NCBI GenBank assembly: GCA_051362555.1
Contig: CM120647.1
Location: 20,374,651 to 20,438,650 of the forward strand
DNA: 64,000 nt
DNA from: Lingula anatina
Lineage: Eukaryota; Animalia; Brachiopoda
Direction of reading: 5' to 3'
Below the pieces are notes generated by a model. That model was not told the origin of the DNA. It worked only from the letters and a program-made list of their open reading frames with translations, and made no database searches. The number at the start of each line of letters is the position of its first letter. The first letter of the stretch is position 1. Of the stretch, positions 1-14,100 are shown piece by piece. The position numbers were made by a program, and so were the translations under genes.

Positions 1-1553
1 ATGAATAGAATTCAAAGACATCAAAGTGAGCAGATTCTGAGTGTCATAGGTCACTGACGTCTCTAGTACATCAAAGACCCTGTTCCCACTCTTATTGTGT
101 CTATCACTTAATTACCCTCTAACAGCTTTAATAGGTGTGACAGACATCAGAGTCGCTTAAGCTGAATGCAATCTAGCGAGAGACCCCTCGGAGATGGGTC
201 GATGCTGCTAGATCGATCTAGGTATGGGAACGGGGTCTAAGGCTCACCAAATCGGTGCAGAAGTAAGCTCAGCGCCTGTGTTATGGTTCGTAGGCACACT
301 TTGGGCAAAGAAATCCAAGATATGCAGTTACAATCACCCGGCTGGTGCAGACATCCTTTTAAGTGCACTGCGTGTGAAAGAGACAAAATGTCTGAGTAAT
401 CAATGAATTCAGTGTACCTCATTCTTGAGAGCTCAGCACCCTTGTTATTGAGCATTTGACCCCGAGGAATGAGGTCACAAACAATGAAGTAGGGGGGCGA
501 TTTCAAACAATAACTGGGCTGTAAAGTCGCCTGCAGCATTTTTCACAAAAGAGCTTCGTCCTGGAACTAGGTCTACCGTATTTAAGGTCAATACATACGT
601 AGTTCACTGGAATGAAGTGGGTATTGGCTTGTATCTTCCGCAATATCTTCCTCGTTATAAAACAACCACAATGTTTAGTTTGATATAGCTGTAGTGCTGA
701 TCTAATCTGGGTAGAATTCGAGTAAGGGCTCATTCTTAATGAAACTATAGCCCTACGTAGATCACAACCACGCGGGAACTCTCGCTGAATGCAATCAGAT
801 TAACTGATTAACACCCTTCCTCCTGGCGTTGAGTAGAATGCAGAAAAGCTGGTGATTATACGAGTATACGTGGAAACGTTAACAAAGCTGACCAAAACTG
901 AATACCAGAAAAATGTGCGCTTAGCACTTAGTTAAAGTTGAGAACAATCTTGTCCTGATTTCAAGACAATAGAGAAGCCATGCTGCACAGTTGTATCTAC
1001 CATTACAGGTGTTAAGTATAATATCATTTTTTCACACGAAAAAAAGGTTTATGAGTTCAAAAAACCCCATTATCGGTACCTCCGTGAAAAACAATTAAAA
1101 TATAAAGGCAATTAAAGCTGTTAATACGCCTAGGGCGGGACGGTGCTGCATGGTACTGTAGAATATATATTTGAAAGCACTGTGCTAACACTGGAGCCAA
1201 GAATCATATGATTTTAAGAAGAAAAACAAACATTGGACCAATTCTGTAGGACATCCACTCCCCATAAAGGCTCACTTAATAGCAGGTGTGGTCACAGTCT
1301 GAGGCTTTCTTGTGATCACATGAGCAAATATCACTATATATAGATCTAACAATGCGGGTATTGGAATGCGCCATGTCACTAGGCTGACTCGTATGTGTTG
1401 TTCTACCCTGACTTCGGGGACTTCGGGAATGTTCATAACTGCATGAGAAAATGCCAACATGAGCGAATTTAACTACACGAGGACGGTAGAGTAGCGAGAA
1501 GCTGATCGGCCATTCATTCTTGTTATTTTAAGCGTTAAGGCGTCAGAGGCATT

Positions 1554-1887
1554 ATGTCTACAAATACCTGGTTCACCCGCACCGTATTTTTGATGTTATG
1601 TGTCAGCGCCGGCATCCTGCTACGATTGTCTTGGGGAGGATCGAACAATCGGCCCAGTACGCGTGGATTGTTGTTAGCAGATACGAAAGGTAGGCCTGCG
1701 TCTTTGTGATTTGAAATGATTTAAAACTTGTTTGAAAACCACAAAATACGAAAAGGCCACTTAAACTGAAAACACCACAGGTAAGCTATGCTTGTGAAAC
1801 CGAAACTGCAAGCAGACATGTATAGCCACCCTTTTGGTCTACCCCCCTATCACGACCACTGGGTGTTACCTTTCGAGCCTCCACAGA

Positions 1888-1927
<40 letters not shown>

Positions 1928-3089
1928 CGTGCCTGCGCGCGCCCCACATATACAATGATGGCCCCCAAGCCTGAAGGTACATCTTATGGTGCGTTCCCCA
2001 TGAAACTAACGTTCTACGTAGATCAAACCGACTCCACGGGGACTCTTGCTGAATGTTGTCAGATTAACTGAATGGCACATACGCCTCTTTGAGCAGGTAA
2101 GTGGCGATAAACATTATATTAGCGTGCGGTTGGCTTTGGGAAGCTTTTTCACTTCATTTTGAGTGCGAAACAACGCACACGCTGTTACTTCGAATTCTCC
2201 CCTAGCTGGTCGACGAGGTGTGTCATTCAGTTAATCTGATTGCATTCAGCAAGAGTCCCCACGGAGTTGGATCGATCTACCTAGTATGAGTTTCACTGGA
2301 CGTGCACGCCACCCTTAGCCAACACTATGTATAGAAGCAAGTCCTAATCTGATTTTACTATAACACATATATGTATAGTTCTATTGTATTCACGCCACAT
2401 TACGTGGCGCAGTAGACGTGTTGTTACAGGCATCAGTAAGACGGGAATGGAAGTCGGCTAGGAACCGTAGACCGTTCCCCATTACTTTCGTCCCATATAC
2501 TAACCCCATTTCTTTAACTAACCCTAACCTGTACTAATCATATTGGAGCCCAATCTGCCCATTCTTATGACTACCATTCCTTTCACACATGTAAAGTGGC
2601 TACAATAAACGTTGAACACCTGATTTATCTCCTTTGATTTATTTATTTGTTTGTTTGTAGTAAACTGGTATTTTTCATTAACTTTCTGGAGAATCGTTCT
2701 AAGTTAAATGTATACAGAAGAATTAAAGTATCATAAATGTTCTAATTAAGAGCTTGCATGCAAATTGACGTTTATGGATACCAGTAGCTGTAGGCTTCGT
2801 TAGTGTTGTTTCTGCATGGTGATATAGAAATATACAACCATATCATCTCGTACGCTTCGTAAACCTTGAAAACGATCAAGGTAGTATAAAAACCAACAGC
2901 AGTGGCATGGCCTAGATATTTTTATGGTAAATCTAAAATCATATGCATGCTAGCTCTTTCAGTTGACGACTGCAGTAGATAATTCGAAAATAATTGTTTA
3001 CGAATAGCGTTGATTTCAGATATGTTGTGCTTGTTTTAAAACCCATCAGGGAGGCTTGAAAGAAAACTTGAATTATCAAACTATAGTGT

Positions 3090-3132
<43 letters not shown>

Positions 3133-3140
3133 TTTTTTGT

Positions 3141-3175
<35 letters not shown>

Positions 3176-4174
3176 TTGTTAAAACCATTCTCTTGGGACC
3201 CCTTGTATTGTAAGTGGCAGACCCATTTGCAGGAAAATGTTTATCCCTTCATTTTATATTAACTCCTCTTCACTATACGTATACCAAAGGCAGATCGGAG
3301 GGGGGGGGGGTTACATCGAATACAATGTAAGCCCTGCTGTACCCCTACTTTAACTTTCGGAGTACCCCCTCTCCTTCCTAAAATGGTTAACCTTCATATT
3401 AAACTTGAATTATTATTATATTGACATAAAACTAATATACTACAGTGTTTATATTTGGTCGAACATATTTCGTGAATTTTTTATTCCTTGCCCCCCCCCC
3501 CCACCTCTCGTAGTTGTTCGCTAAGCGTATGTTGTTCAAATTTCCAAAACATTGCACTGTTTTAAATAGTACTGTACCTAAGAACTTTCTTCTCTGTTTA
3601 GAACCAGCTTCAACCAATGCCACAGGAGACACATATCCAAGGCAGGACGAGTCCCAAACTGACATCGTCATAGTCCTCGCCTATTACAGGAGTGGATCAA
3701 CGTTCTTAGCGGAGATATTTAACCAGAATGCAGAAGCTGTGTACTTCTTTGAGCCTCTGCGATGGTTTAGAGAATCATTCTTCAATGAGACGTTTTATAT
3801 CTACCCTGGCAATACACGAAGGTAATTTGTGCTCTCTCTTCTTTTCTTTTTATCTCTTTTTATTCTCATTTTCCTGTCCCTAGTGTGCTTTAACAGCCCA
3901 ATGTAATAGCAACGGAAGGAACACTTTTCTTTTTATACCATGTAAATTCTTTGCTGTTTGAGAGGCTTCTCTTATATTCAGAAACACCTAACGCTTCAAT
4001 CAAAATAATTACAAAACTGTCATAAAAAGATGAATTACATATTGCATTGCATGTGATATTTTAATCATTAGCCGATGTTGTAAAAAAAATACTCATGTGC
4101 ACAGTCTGCGCAGATTGCCAAAAAAGCTAATATAACAGAGACTCCTTAAATTAAGTATTATGTTGTTTGGGGCA

Positions 4175-4232
<58 letters not shown>

Positions 4233-5254
4233 ATTAAAAATTCTGGAGAAAAAAACTGCGAACTGTTTGTCTAGGGTTCAATTTTAGTTCCTAATTCTTC
4301 TTTGTGTCTTCCAGTCCTTTCCTGCAGGGTAACCGATCTGCCTGTTATATTCATGCAATTGTTTGTTTGGGCGTTTGTCTGTGTGTTTGTCTGCGGTGCA
4401 GCATAAAAAAACATTTTTATCTTTTTTGTCTTTACAGGATGGGACCCATGGGCACAATGGCTGCTGACAAACAGGCCGCATTCATGGTGGACGTCCTCAA
4501 AAAACTTATCCATTGCGATATAGAGCATCTGCCGAAGTCTGTATATTTCTTAAATATGAATATGCGAATTTGGCCTTTCTGCAATCCCGAGCAAAAGAAC
4601 TTAAAAGATATGGAAAATTGTTTCAAAGAAGACGGAGATACAAGCGACAAGTGTACAGATATTCTCAAGGAAGCATGCACGAGATTCAGCTTTAAGGCAT
4701 TTAAGGTGATACGCCTGCCCTTGAACGACCTTGACCCCATTCTGGGTCAATATCCAAATGCCAAGGTCATTCATCTCATCCGAGATCCACGGGGATCGAT
4801 CAATTCGCAACGCTGGCTCTACGAGTATTGTGGGCTTGAATGCGCAGTACATCGACACTGTAATGAGCATATGTTACCAGACTTAATAAGCAGGAGAACG
4901 CTAGAAAAACGCTACCCAGGGAGAATATTGCAGGTGATTTACGAAGACGTGGTGGAGGATCCCGTCCTTTGGAGTCATAGAATTTACAGTTTTCTAGGTC
5001 GTACAATGCCTGGCAATATCGAATCGTGGCTTAAAAGGGCCACCGGGGCTGAAACAGACAATGGAACGTGGGGGACAAAAAGGCGAAATGCCCTAGAAAC
5101 GGCGCACAGATGGAAGACAGATATGCCGCTCAAGATGGCGCTTCAGGTGGATGCGATTTGTGCTGACGTATTGAAACTTCTTCCAATGTACGAACCCGCT
5201 TTCAGAATACTGCGGCAGCAAAATCTGTCAAATGCAAATATAAGTAAAACATGA
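1554..5254 (+). CDS. Golgi carbohydrate sulfotransferase (CHST1/GlcNAc6ST-like family), 3 exons: 1554-1689, 3602-3821, 4438-5254; about 390 aa
   Basis: Exon 1 encodes MSTNTWFTRTVFLMLCVSAGILLRLSW, a type II membrane anchor, and ends AAAG|gtaggc (phase 1). Exon 2 (tttag|AACC...CGAAG|gtaatt) has the 5'-PSB motif YYRSGSTF and FFEPL. Exon 3 (ttacag|GATG) has KVIR, the 3'-PB motif KVIHLIRDPRG and YED. Phases join into one frame (136+220+817=1173 nt). Exon 1 is less certain than exons 2-3. Confidence 0.85.
1891..1926. repeat. (GT)n microsatellite; others at 4180-4227 and compound GT/GTAT at 19695-19798
   Basis: Direct reading. Confidence 0.95.
1990..2308. mobile_element. Palindromic MITE family 2 (half copy at about 739-830)
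   Basis: tgaaact...ctacgtagatc...gggactcttgctgaatg...cagattaactgaatg is mirrored by cattcagttaatctg...cattcagcaagagtccc...gatcgatctac...agtttca. Confidence 0.75.
3087..3178. repeat. (TTTA)n microsatellite
   Basis: Direct reading. Confidence 0.95.
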
Positions 5255-6566
5255 AATTAGAATTATTTAAAATATGTCATTTTATAGTGTCAAATGGTCT
5301 CAGAAAAGGTGCTCTACCATCAGTTTTAGCTCAATTAATATATATATATAGACGTCCAGAAAACATGTCAGTCATTTTAGTATTACTCTAGTCCGATATG
5401 TGGAAAGCTAGTGAAGAATTTCTTGAGGGGAACGTTTTCGGACCCTTTGCTAAGTTACTTGGTCACAATCCACGGGAATGCTCTATCACACCTACCACAA
5501 TCTTCGACTGTGCCCTCAGGAATGACGTTTTAAATAAGATTAATTGCTTGGGTTGCCGTATTGCCGACAAACTTTACGATGATTTTTTTAAAATAAAGGT
5601 ATTAATTGAAATGCAGTAATCAAAATCCCTTCATGTTCTTTGTATAGTAATCAAAAGCGTAGAGTCAGCAAACATAAAATGGTGCTTAGCAACAAAATGT
5701 ATAACAAAATGCCAGTGAGACCCTTAGCTTTCATAATATTGCTATGGCTATTTACACAATAATAGTCATTAAAAGTAAAAAATTCAGTGAGAAGTGGACA
5801 TAAAAATGTATAATGATATTTGCATCCATGTTTCCTATTGAGACACAAACAGAAAGCATATAAATGGAGCTTAAGGTCATCAAAGAGAAGCATGCTTTCG
5901 TATATTCTACGTTCTGTCTTGTTAAACACTGCCATGTTTGGCCATTCAATTTGTATTTTGTATTGGCACTGGAGCTGTGGGACCGGTATCAGATATGTGG
6001 CCCAAAGATGCTTGTCCAATGTGGTAATGGTTTCATTCACAGTTGCTTATTACTATGCATGTGTTTGCGTTGATAGGTCTGGCATAGGTCTGGCATACAT
6101 TGCACACACTTGATGGAATATTCCGAATGATGGTAAATTCCAAAGGAGTATTACATCTACGCTTTCAATAGGTTCAAAATAAGACAGAATGTTGCTTATA
6201 ACCATTCATTAGTGTCTTAATTAGTATAATTCCTTATTCTACCCTCAAGTTAAAGTATAATGGGTGATATTTTATACGATGGGGTACCTTCTAGTGATAA
6301 ATTATGAATAAACTTTAAATTGTTAACATTTTTTATGTTTTTTTTTTGCTTTTAAAACAACAACAGCCTCTGTAGTTACAGTGGTCCTCATCATAAGGAC
6401 TTTGCCCTTGAGTTAAAGGTTTATCCTACTGGACATCACCTTGTACAGTGTAGGGTGGGGGGATCCTTGATCCTTAGAAAAAAAACAAAACAAAAAAAAA
6501 AAAAAAAAAAAACGGACATTGTGGTTCGACACTACTGTTATACCACTACTCTAGGATTTTAAAATT

Positions 6567-6686
6567 CTAAGCATTGATCCTGATTGGACGTTTTTCTAGC
6601 TGTCTCCGAAGGTAAAACAAAACAGCGGACGTCTTTTTATTGTATCGTTGATTATGGCACCCGGGTACAACGCATGTTTGCGGCAT
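6567..6686 (-). pseudogene. Possible THAP zinc-finger N-terminal remnant (transposon-derived)
   Basis: MPQTCVVPGCHN...LF resembles the THAP start MP..C.V.GC.N; the downstream FP, W and CxxHF motifs were not found. Confidence 0.3.
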
Positions 6687-8450
6687 GTTGTTTTTATGAC
6701 ACGTCGATTTTCCGTCTACTGTCCATGTGTTATCACTGCAACACACGCTCAGTGGAGTCCGAAGTTCTAACGCACATGAAGTCATTAAAAACTGGTCAAT
6801 CAAAATTTCCTCATATCTATATTTGTTGTAATTGGTTCATAGTATTGTTTATGAATCAGTTAACATTTTGTATTTTTTAGAACACAATTAGTATTTAACA
6901 TATGCCCTCTTGTAATTAAAGATTAACATACGTAAAACTATTTTCTTGGATACTGTCATTTTAAACTAAAACAGCAACATTCCTGTTCCTTGATTTTATA
7001 TCTTATGGATTAATCATATTGTATAAATGTCGACATGACAATTTAACAAGAAGAGAATTGGTAAATGTTCCGGATGGGTTCATTTTTTATGACCACCTCT
7101 CACAAAAGTCTGTGTTTATTTCATAATTTTAAGAGATTAAAACAATTTTGAAAACAACACATTTGTTTTTATATCAAAATACTTTCATTATTCACACTTT
7201 TTTCACATGACGTCATTAGATTGAATCCCTGGCAAAAATGACACGTTCATATCGGAGACACCGTGATGAGACCATGAAGTGCTGATGCTTCTGCCACCAT
7301 TACCGCGTGTCATTTATTTCAAATTTCGAATATAAGACCTAAACCACGAATACAGCAAAAAAAAAAAAAAAAAAAAAAAATTCTTCCAACTTATAGCGCA
7401 GTAGACACCACGATGTTTCCAAAGCATGAACCAAGAAATTGGCTTCCATGAACTTTTCTATCTCTTTGGTGACTTAAAATCAACTTTTGCTTTGCACACT
7501 TGTTGAAAGAAAGTTTTGAGAATTTCTACTGTAGAGGTACAATTACCTTGACCAGCATGTATGGTATTCAGAAAAAGTCTTCAAGCAGCACTAGGAAAAC
7601 ATCGTCCGGGAACAAAGAAAACAAATTAAAATTGTTGAACCCACAGTGCTAACTGTTAAAGTTTTATACTTCAAATTCGGCACTCTAGTCCGAAAGCGAA
7701 CCATACATTTACCAGTGCTATGAAAATATATTACCCGATATAGAATATCTAGTCCATTTTTAAACACGTTACTTACTAAGTTCATTTATATCATTAAAAC
7801 TTTATATGCTTTCGCAACTAACATAATCTAAGCCTTTCCTACGATAATTATTTTAACTATATGGTCCATGTAACTGTACTGTTTAAAATAATCTTATTAT
7901 TTAGAATTACAATTTACAAAATTCATTCTGAAGTTGTTCTCTTTCTATTTACCTATTTATGTCTCGAAACGTAGTAGTACAGTTTCAGATACTCGACTCG
8001 TTTAAAAAGCTAATGAAAACGATGTGTGTTTTTGTGTGCACTGGACGGTGGGTTGGTATTACCTTTCAAAAATAAGAAAATTTCGTTTGTTAAAGCTCTT
8101 CTTGTCATGAATTGTAATGATATGTAAAAAAAGATCCCCATAACGTTATGTAAGAACGCCCAAAATTGCCCCCCCTAATGACTTAAATGCTGCTATTAGA
8201 AGGGTTAAATGTGACCAATATATACTAAAAGACTCATTACATTGCTATTTCAGTTTGAATATCATTGAACATGCAAGCAAGCAAACTACAAAAACACGTG
8301 TGCATAACAAAGGCAAAAAGTTTTTACCCATGCCACGTTTTGAAACATTTAACTGGGAGACCCGCATAGTTTGGCATCAGATCATCGGAGAAACACGTAT
8401 ATGTTTAGAGTCCGCTTGCAGCATTCCTACTCTGTTTTCCTAGAGACACC

Positions 8451-10195
8451 ATGTTTGGACATTTTCTGCTTGCCGCGTTGGCGTTGTCTTATCGTTTTGG
8501 CAGTGGATCAGGAAACCCACCGCCAGGTATTTAGAACTATTTACATAAAATATATGCACGGGGAAGGCCAAATGTGTTATATATTTTTGGTGCTTTGTGA
8601 ATAAGACACAATGAAGCAGAATGCATATAAATATAGGTCTCAGAAAAATATTTGGAGACACTGGCTGCGGTGTAACTCTCCCTTTTCGTCTCGAAGGACC
8701 CTATCAGATCATTGCATAAAATTTTCCCGCCAAAATGAAATTTTAGAAGTTCTCTCCACCGGTTTGAAAATCCCCACAGACACATTCATGCCCTGTAAAG
8801 CTTCTTACATTTCCAGGTGGATGTCACAAAAGAAATACATAATTAAAGAACGAAGGGAGGGAAGGAAATACCTGTAGCAGAAATAGCTAAAATAGCAGAT
8901 GTTATCACAATCATTTTTCCTAAACAGTCTTTCCCGAGTTTTTTTTCACAGCAGACAAATTGCCACAATTATCTTATTAGCGTTTAAGATCACAACCACT
9001 TTCTGTTATCTGTTTTTTTTGTGAATTTTCATAACCTAACCGATCAAGTATTTTAAATACCTAAGATTCCAGGTATTTCTCCCTGCCTTTTGTTCCCGAG
9101 TTTTCCACATCTAACTGTTCTGTTATGTTGTTATAACCTAGGATCACAACCATATTCTCTGAATTACTTCACTCAGAGTATCATTTGTCAAAGTACATAC
9201 AAGACTGATATACAGAAAAAATAACTGCTTAGTGAGGCAATTTATCCCACAATAGCTGTGGTCTTGACATTAATTGTTTTAAAATTTTAATTATATACTT
9301 ATCATTTGATCTCAGTAAGCGTCATAACTATCTCTGTTCTGTTGATGACCTTCCCTTGTGTGGGTATTCATGTTTTACTTTAAGGTGGTGCTCGAGTTCT
9401 GCACTTCCCTGAGCCAGATAGCACCCTATCATGGTCACTACTACACACCAGTACCCCGGATTTAAATGCATTCACAGCTTGTATATGGATCAAAACTATC
9501 CGCACCACAAGCGGCCCCATTCTATCCTACGGCTCAGAAAGTTGTCGTCGGAGTATTGAACTTGGATACAGCCCCGTTGGTCACGGCTACTCCGTTGTTT
9601 TGAAGGACGTTAGCGTGCTGGATAGAAACTCTCGTGCTGAAGCGCCCCTACCAGCCGACGGGAACTGGCACCACTGGTGTGTGGTGTGGAGTGGTGCCAA
9701 GAGAGAGATTAATATGTACAGGGATGGTCTCCACACACTGAGTCGCCCTGTGAACGTTACACTTATACCTGGAGGTAAGACCATGGTGTTTGAATGGTAC
9801 ATAAAGAATTGCTGTATTATACATCATATTGTGAATCAGAGCACAGGAGGTGGACAGCTTTATACTGCACTGAATATACATGTACATTGTTGTTTTTATT
9901 TTATAGTATGAATGATCGCCCAAGATTTCATATTTATCTATACCTTTTTCATTATAACTTGATTTTAGGTGGAAAATGGGTGGTTGGGCACACCCATTAC
10001 GAGACAACACCTGATTGTCCTCCTAAGCATCCATCTTTTGTGGGGTTCGTCGGCGGCGTCAACGTCTGGGACCACGATAAAGTCGACATCCCCGGCCTGG
10101 CGATATGTGCCAATACTAACGAGGGGAGTCTCATTTCTTGGGATACTGTCACCAAAACTAACTTCAAAGTTGCAACATATAAGGAGTATTGTTAA
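8451..10195 (+). CDS. Secreted pentraxin-domain protein, copy 1 (A-type leader); exons 8451-8526, 9385-9774, 9969-10195; 230 aa
   Basis: Signal peptide MFGHFLLAALALSYRFGSG; GT-AG phase-1 introns; pentraxin motifs FTACIWIK, ILSYG, DGNWHHWCVVW, YRDG, IPGGG, SFVG..GGVNVWD, GSLISW; uninterrupted 693-nt frame. Confidence 0.88.
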
Positions 10196-10474
10196 AATGT
10201 TACAACTTTCAATCCTTTCCTTAACTAAAGACTGGATTGTTGTAAATTAGTATTTGGTGCAAAACAGTTTTCTTGGACACTGTTGTTTCTGCCAATGCTC
10301 TCTCGAGGTAGCGTCCCCTATTCATCAAAATATGAGCAAGACTACTTCCTTTGCCTTTGAATTTTTTTCTGTTACTTAAGTTTTCGTGTCGGCTTGCCTT
10401 TGTAACCATAAAGCATTAATGAAATTGTCAAGATTAAATCCAATGTGGTCGATGCGCTACGAAGCAGACATTTA

Positions 10475-10721
10475 GGGACCATTCCCACAGAAATTTGGAT
10501 CGATCTATTTCCCTGGGGAGTCTCCCTAAATTGCTGTCAACTTGACCGGCTTAAATGTCTGTCACGCCTAGTAAAGCTGTTAGGGGGTAATTATCTTTAC
10601 CCCTATCTGTTTTGGTAGGCGTGACAGACATTTAAGCCGGTTAGTTTATAACAATTTAGTGAGACTCCCCAGGGAGTAAGGTCGATCCAGATGGATCGAT
10701 CTATGTATGGGAACCCAGTCT
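10475..10721. mobile_element. Palindromic MITE family 1 (other copies 75-238, 12175-12391, 13048-13293, about 24041-24225, about 44950-45200)
   Basis: About 250-bp hairpin; termini (A/G)GAC...TTCCCA / TGGGAA...GTCT; internal GATCGATCTA and ATGTCTGTCACGCC/GGCGTGACAGACAT; six dispersed copies. Confidence 0.85.
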
Positions 10722-11752
10722 TAGTGACAAGTAAAATGTTATCACATCAGTCCAATGAAGGTATCCGACCATGTAAGCTAACAACGGTATAATAAGAAAG
10801 CTTGCGTTCAATAACTGTATTTGTATGAACAAAATGTCAAGCTAATAAACATTTTGATGAAATTATTTTTATTGATTCACAACCGTACCGGTATATGTAT
10901 GTGTGCTAACCCAAAAACGCTTGAGCAACCGTCATTTTTTTAAAGATGCTAGTACCTCTATAAATATTAATGTCTTTGGAATTGCCCTAACTCTATCCTC
11001 TTCTACATTTTATCTAATTCACGAAGAGGACTAAATGTGTAAGACCGGAGAAAATCAACATGATTTTGTATAATCTACATATTTTGTGAGGTTGTTTCAA
11101 CATCTAAATGCTAAATCAGGCCATTTGTGTGTTTCAGGTCAACCGTTTCTGGCAACGAGGTCGAAAATTTTAACATTATCAAAAAGTTTATTTTATACGT
11201 TGTAGCACTTGCTGTCTTCTTGACTATGTACATTTGAAGATATTTAGACCATAAAGTGCCCAGTAATTGGTTTACGAAATGAACAACTAAAGATGTAAAT
11301 GTTATTCATTTATTTAATGCTGTTGCTACACCTGTCTAATGTGTCTTTAGTCCATCGAATTTCATACTGACGAGAGATGTACATGTACTTTTATATTTTT
11401 ATCCATGGTCTCACTGGCATTTTGTTATACGTTTTGTTGCTAAGCACCGTTTTATGTTTGCATATTCTACACACTGTCTTTGTGTTTAATTTTTTAAATC
11501 AGTTGTAATGTGTCAGTTATGACATTTTGTTGTTTTGTTAAGGGTAATATTTCTTATCAGTAACAGCGAACAAACTAAGCCCAGCAACTGTCATGGGATA
11601 ATCATATCAGCCTGAACACCATTTACATACAAATAGGCGGAAGAATGTTTAATTAAGAGCTAGACTCACGCTACAAGAAATCAACGACAACCTGAAGTAC
11701 GTGTTTTTCCCGGCATGCTTAACGCAAACACCCATTTGTCAAGTAAAATTAA

Positions 11753-12044
11753 AGGGATAATAACTCTTCGTGTTTCCTGGAGTAAACAACAATTTTCCCA
11801 TACTTACCAATGGTTAATCCCTGTTTTTTTTCTAAAAAGTTTCTTTTTTTTTGTTATAATCTCTTAAGAGATTATAACAGAGTATAGCCATCAATGGAGG
11901 TCACGTGGTCTAAAGACAAGCTCAGATATTAGAATAATATCTATAACTGTCGTTATTTTTTTAAATACCAGAATAAATTAAATTTCTGTGAGTTTTTCAC
12001 AATGTTTTTATTGTGAAATATAGATCTCAAGAGTTATTATCCCT
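11753..12044. mobile_element. Non-autonomous DNA transposon with TTAA target duplication (Kolobok-like AG..CT termini); second copy inverted at 53921-54198
   Basis: TTAA|AGGGATAATAACTCTT ... AAGAGTTATTATCCCT|TTAA; the empty site for the second copy is visible at about 47235 (cacatcTTAAtcaatt). Confidence 0.85.
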
Positions 12045-13527
12045 TTAAGCATCTGATATAAAACATGAAATGTGGCATTGTTTGTGTACGATGTCGTGCG
12101 TACACTACACTTTGTTCATACTAACAAATCGTGGCCAGAAATACAATATTTCAGCTGTCTATTTACGCAGTTTAAGAGTGCATTCCCAGAGATTTAGATC
12201 GATCCAACTAGATCGACCTAACTCCCTTGGGGTTCACGCTAAATTGCTGTCAGCCGACCGCGCACGGAAGTTAATTACCCCCTTACAGCTTTTAGGAGGC
12301 GGGACAGACATTTAAGCCGGCTAAGCTGACAGTAATCTAGAGAGACTCCCCACGGGGATAGATCGATCTAAAATCTGTGGGAATGGGGTCTAGGTCTTGA
12401 TTATTGAATCTTCTATAATCTGTATGGTTATATTCTAAACGTTTTCAGCTACGAAGTCTTTCTCATCGTAAAAGCATCCAGCAGCTTTCCAAATTACAAT
12501 TGAGTGACATTATGATCCAATACCGGTTTTCGTCGAGATATTGAAGCCTTTGTGTTACGATTTTCACCATATTAGAAGCGTTCTATTTCAAAATCAACTA
12601 ATCTGTTTGTATTAAAATTTGGTACATAAATTATATATGTAATAGTGCACCAATGTGTAAAAATTTGAGAGCTTTTGCTATCATTTTATTTCTACAATGC
12701 CCGATTACATTTGTAAATAAACCCCTTTTCGTCGATTTTTTGAAGGGTGAAATTATTATTGCAAAAGGACTTGCACATACAAAACGCAATACTTATGTCT
12801 GTATTCGTACCCGGGTTTAAAACACATAGACCAACCATGAATGTTCCAAAGGTCTCAACTCAGGTCACCAAGAAACAAAAAGATGTTTAGCGACACTTTT
12901 TGTTTTTCCGGACCATCAGCTACTTGCACGGTTAGTTCTGACTTCGTGACACGTTGTGAATAACACATTATGAAACAGAATGCAAATAAAACTTGGTCTC
13001 GGAACATCATAGACAGGGCATTTAATCACTGACTGCTTTCAGTCTTTGGGACCATTCACATACCATATCTTACTAAATTTGGGTCGATCTACATGTGTAA
13101 CTCGAAGGAGATTCTCGCTAAATTGCAATCTATACTCGAGCGGCTTAGATGTCTGTCACGCGTAATGAAGCTGCAACTAAACTATTGTTTAGCAGCTTCA
13201 GTAGGCGTGGCAGACATCTAAACCACTTAAGCTTAAAGCAATTTAGCAAGAAACCCCTTGGACATGGATCGATCCTGTATGGGAACCCAGTCTTTAGAAA
13301 TTTCAGCAAGGTTGAACTTTAGTTTTTAGGCTTTGAATTGATTATTTAAGTCTGCCCATGAGCAAAGTATGCGTAAATTGCATATTCAAGAAAAGTCTAA
13401 TATATTTTTATAGCCATGCTTCGTTTTGAAACACATTACCCACTAAAATGTACATAAAATCTGACCTCAGGCGTAATGTTAAGAATGGCATGCTGATGTA
13501 TTTTTGTTTACTTTTTTAGCGACCGCC

Positions 13528-14040
13528 ATGTGTGGAAGTCCACTGCTTGTATTGTTCATCCTTGCTTATTCTATTGACGGTGGAGCTGCATTACCAGGGA
13601 AAGGTACAGTGTATATCATATCCTAATGTTGCTTCATTAAACAGGGTAACGACGTTATTCACATTGATCTTTTCTATTTGTTTTATTTCTATTTGCTTCT
13701 ATTTGTTGTTGCTGGGCCTTTTTTATAGAAGTGTTTGCAAGGAGAGGGCAATATGTGAAGGTTCGTTGAGAATGACCTATTATAAAAGAGAATGTACATT
13801 AAGCTTGATGACCTCATGCCATCTAAGAAAGGGTGAATTTTTAGGGCGACAAACTGCAGTAGTTTTCCCTACTCTTCCTTTTTTTCTTAAGAGATACTAT
13901 GGCGTTACACATTTAGTGTTTTCAGCGTTCCTTTTAAAGTTTTGTCATGGCAGTTGATATGCATTCAAATGCAAATAGGTGAATGTTGCCTCCTCGGCAA
14001 GGTAACGTTATAACCTGTATTTATTGATTTAGATGTTCCT

Positions 14041-14100
<60 letters not shown>

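Noticed and set aside
3056-3262. Hydrophobic ORF FIYLFIYL and similar ORFs (HTHT, CVCV, YIYI, poly-K/F)
   Set aside because: These are translations of microsatellites and homopolymers.
4304-4437. N-terminal part of the 316-aa ORF as coding sequence
   Set aside because: It is intronic read-through upstream of the ttacag acceptor at 4437; the PAPS-binding 5' motif is in the earlier exon.
9969-10250. Recurrent alternative-frame ORF (..SSAASTSGT..) and antisense ORFs over pentraxin exons
   Set aside because: They are shadows of the conserved coding exons, start at non-ATG or splice-site positions and have variable ends.
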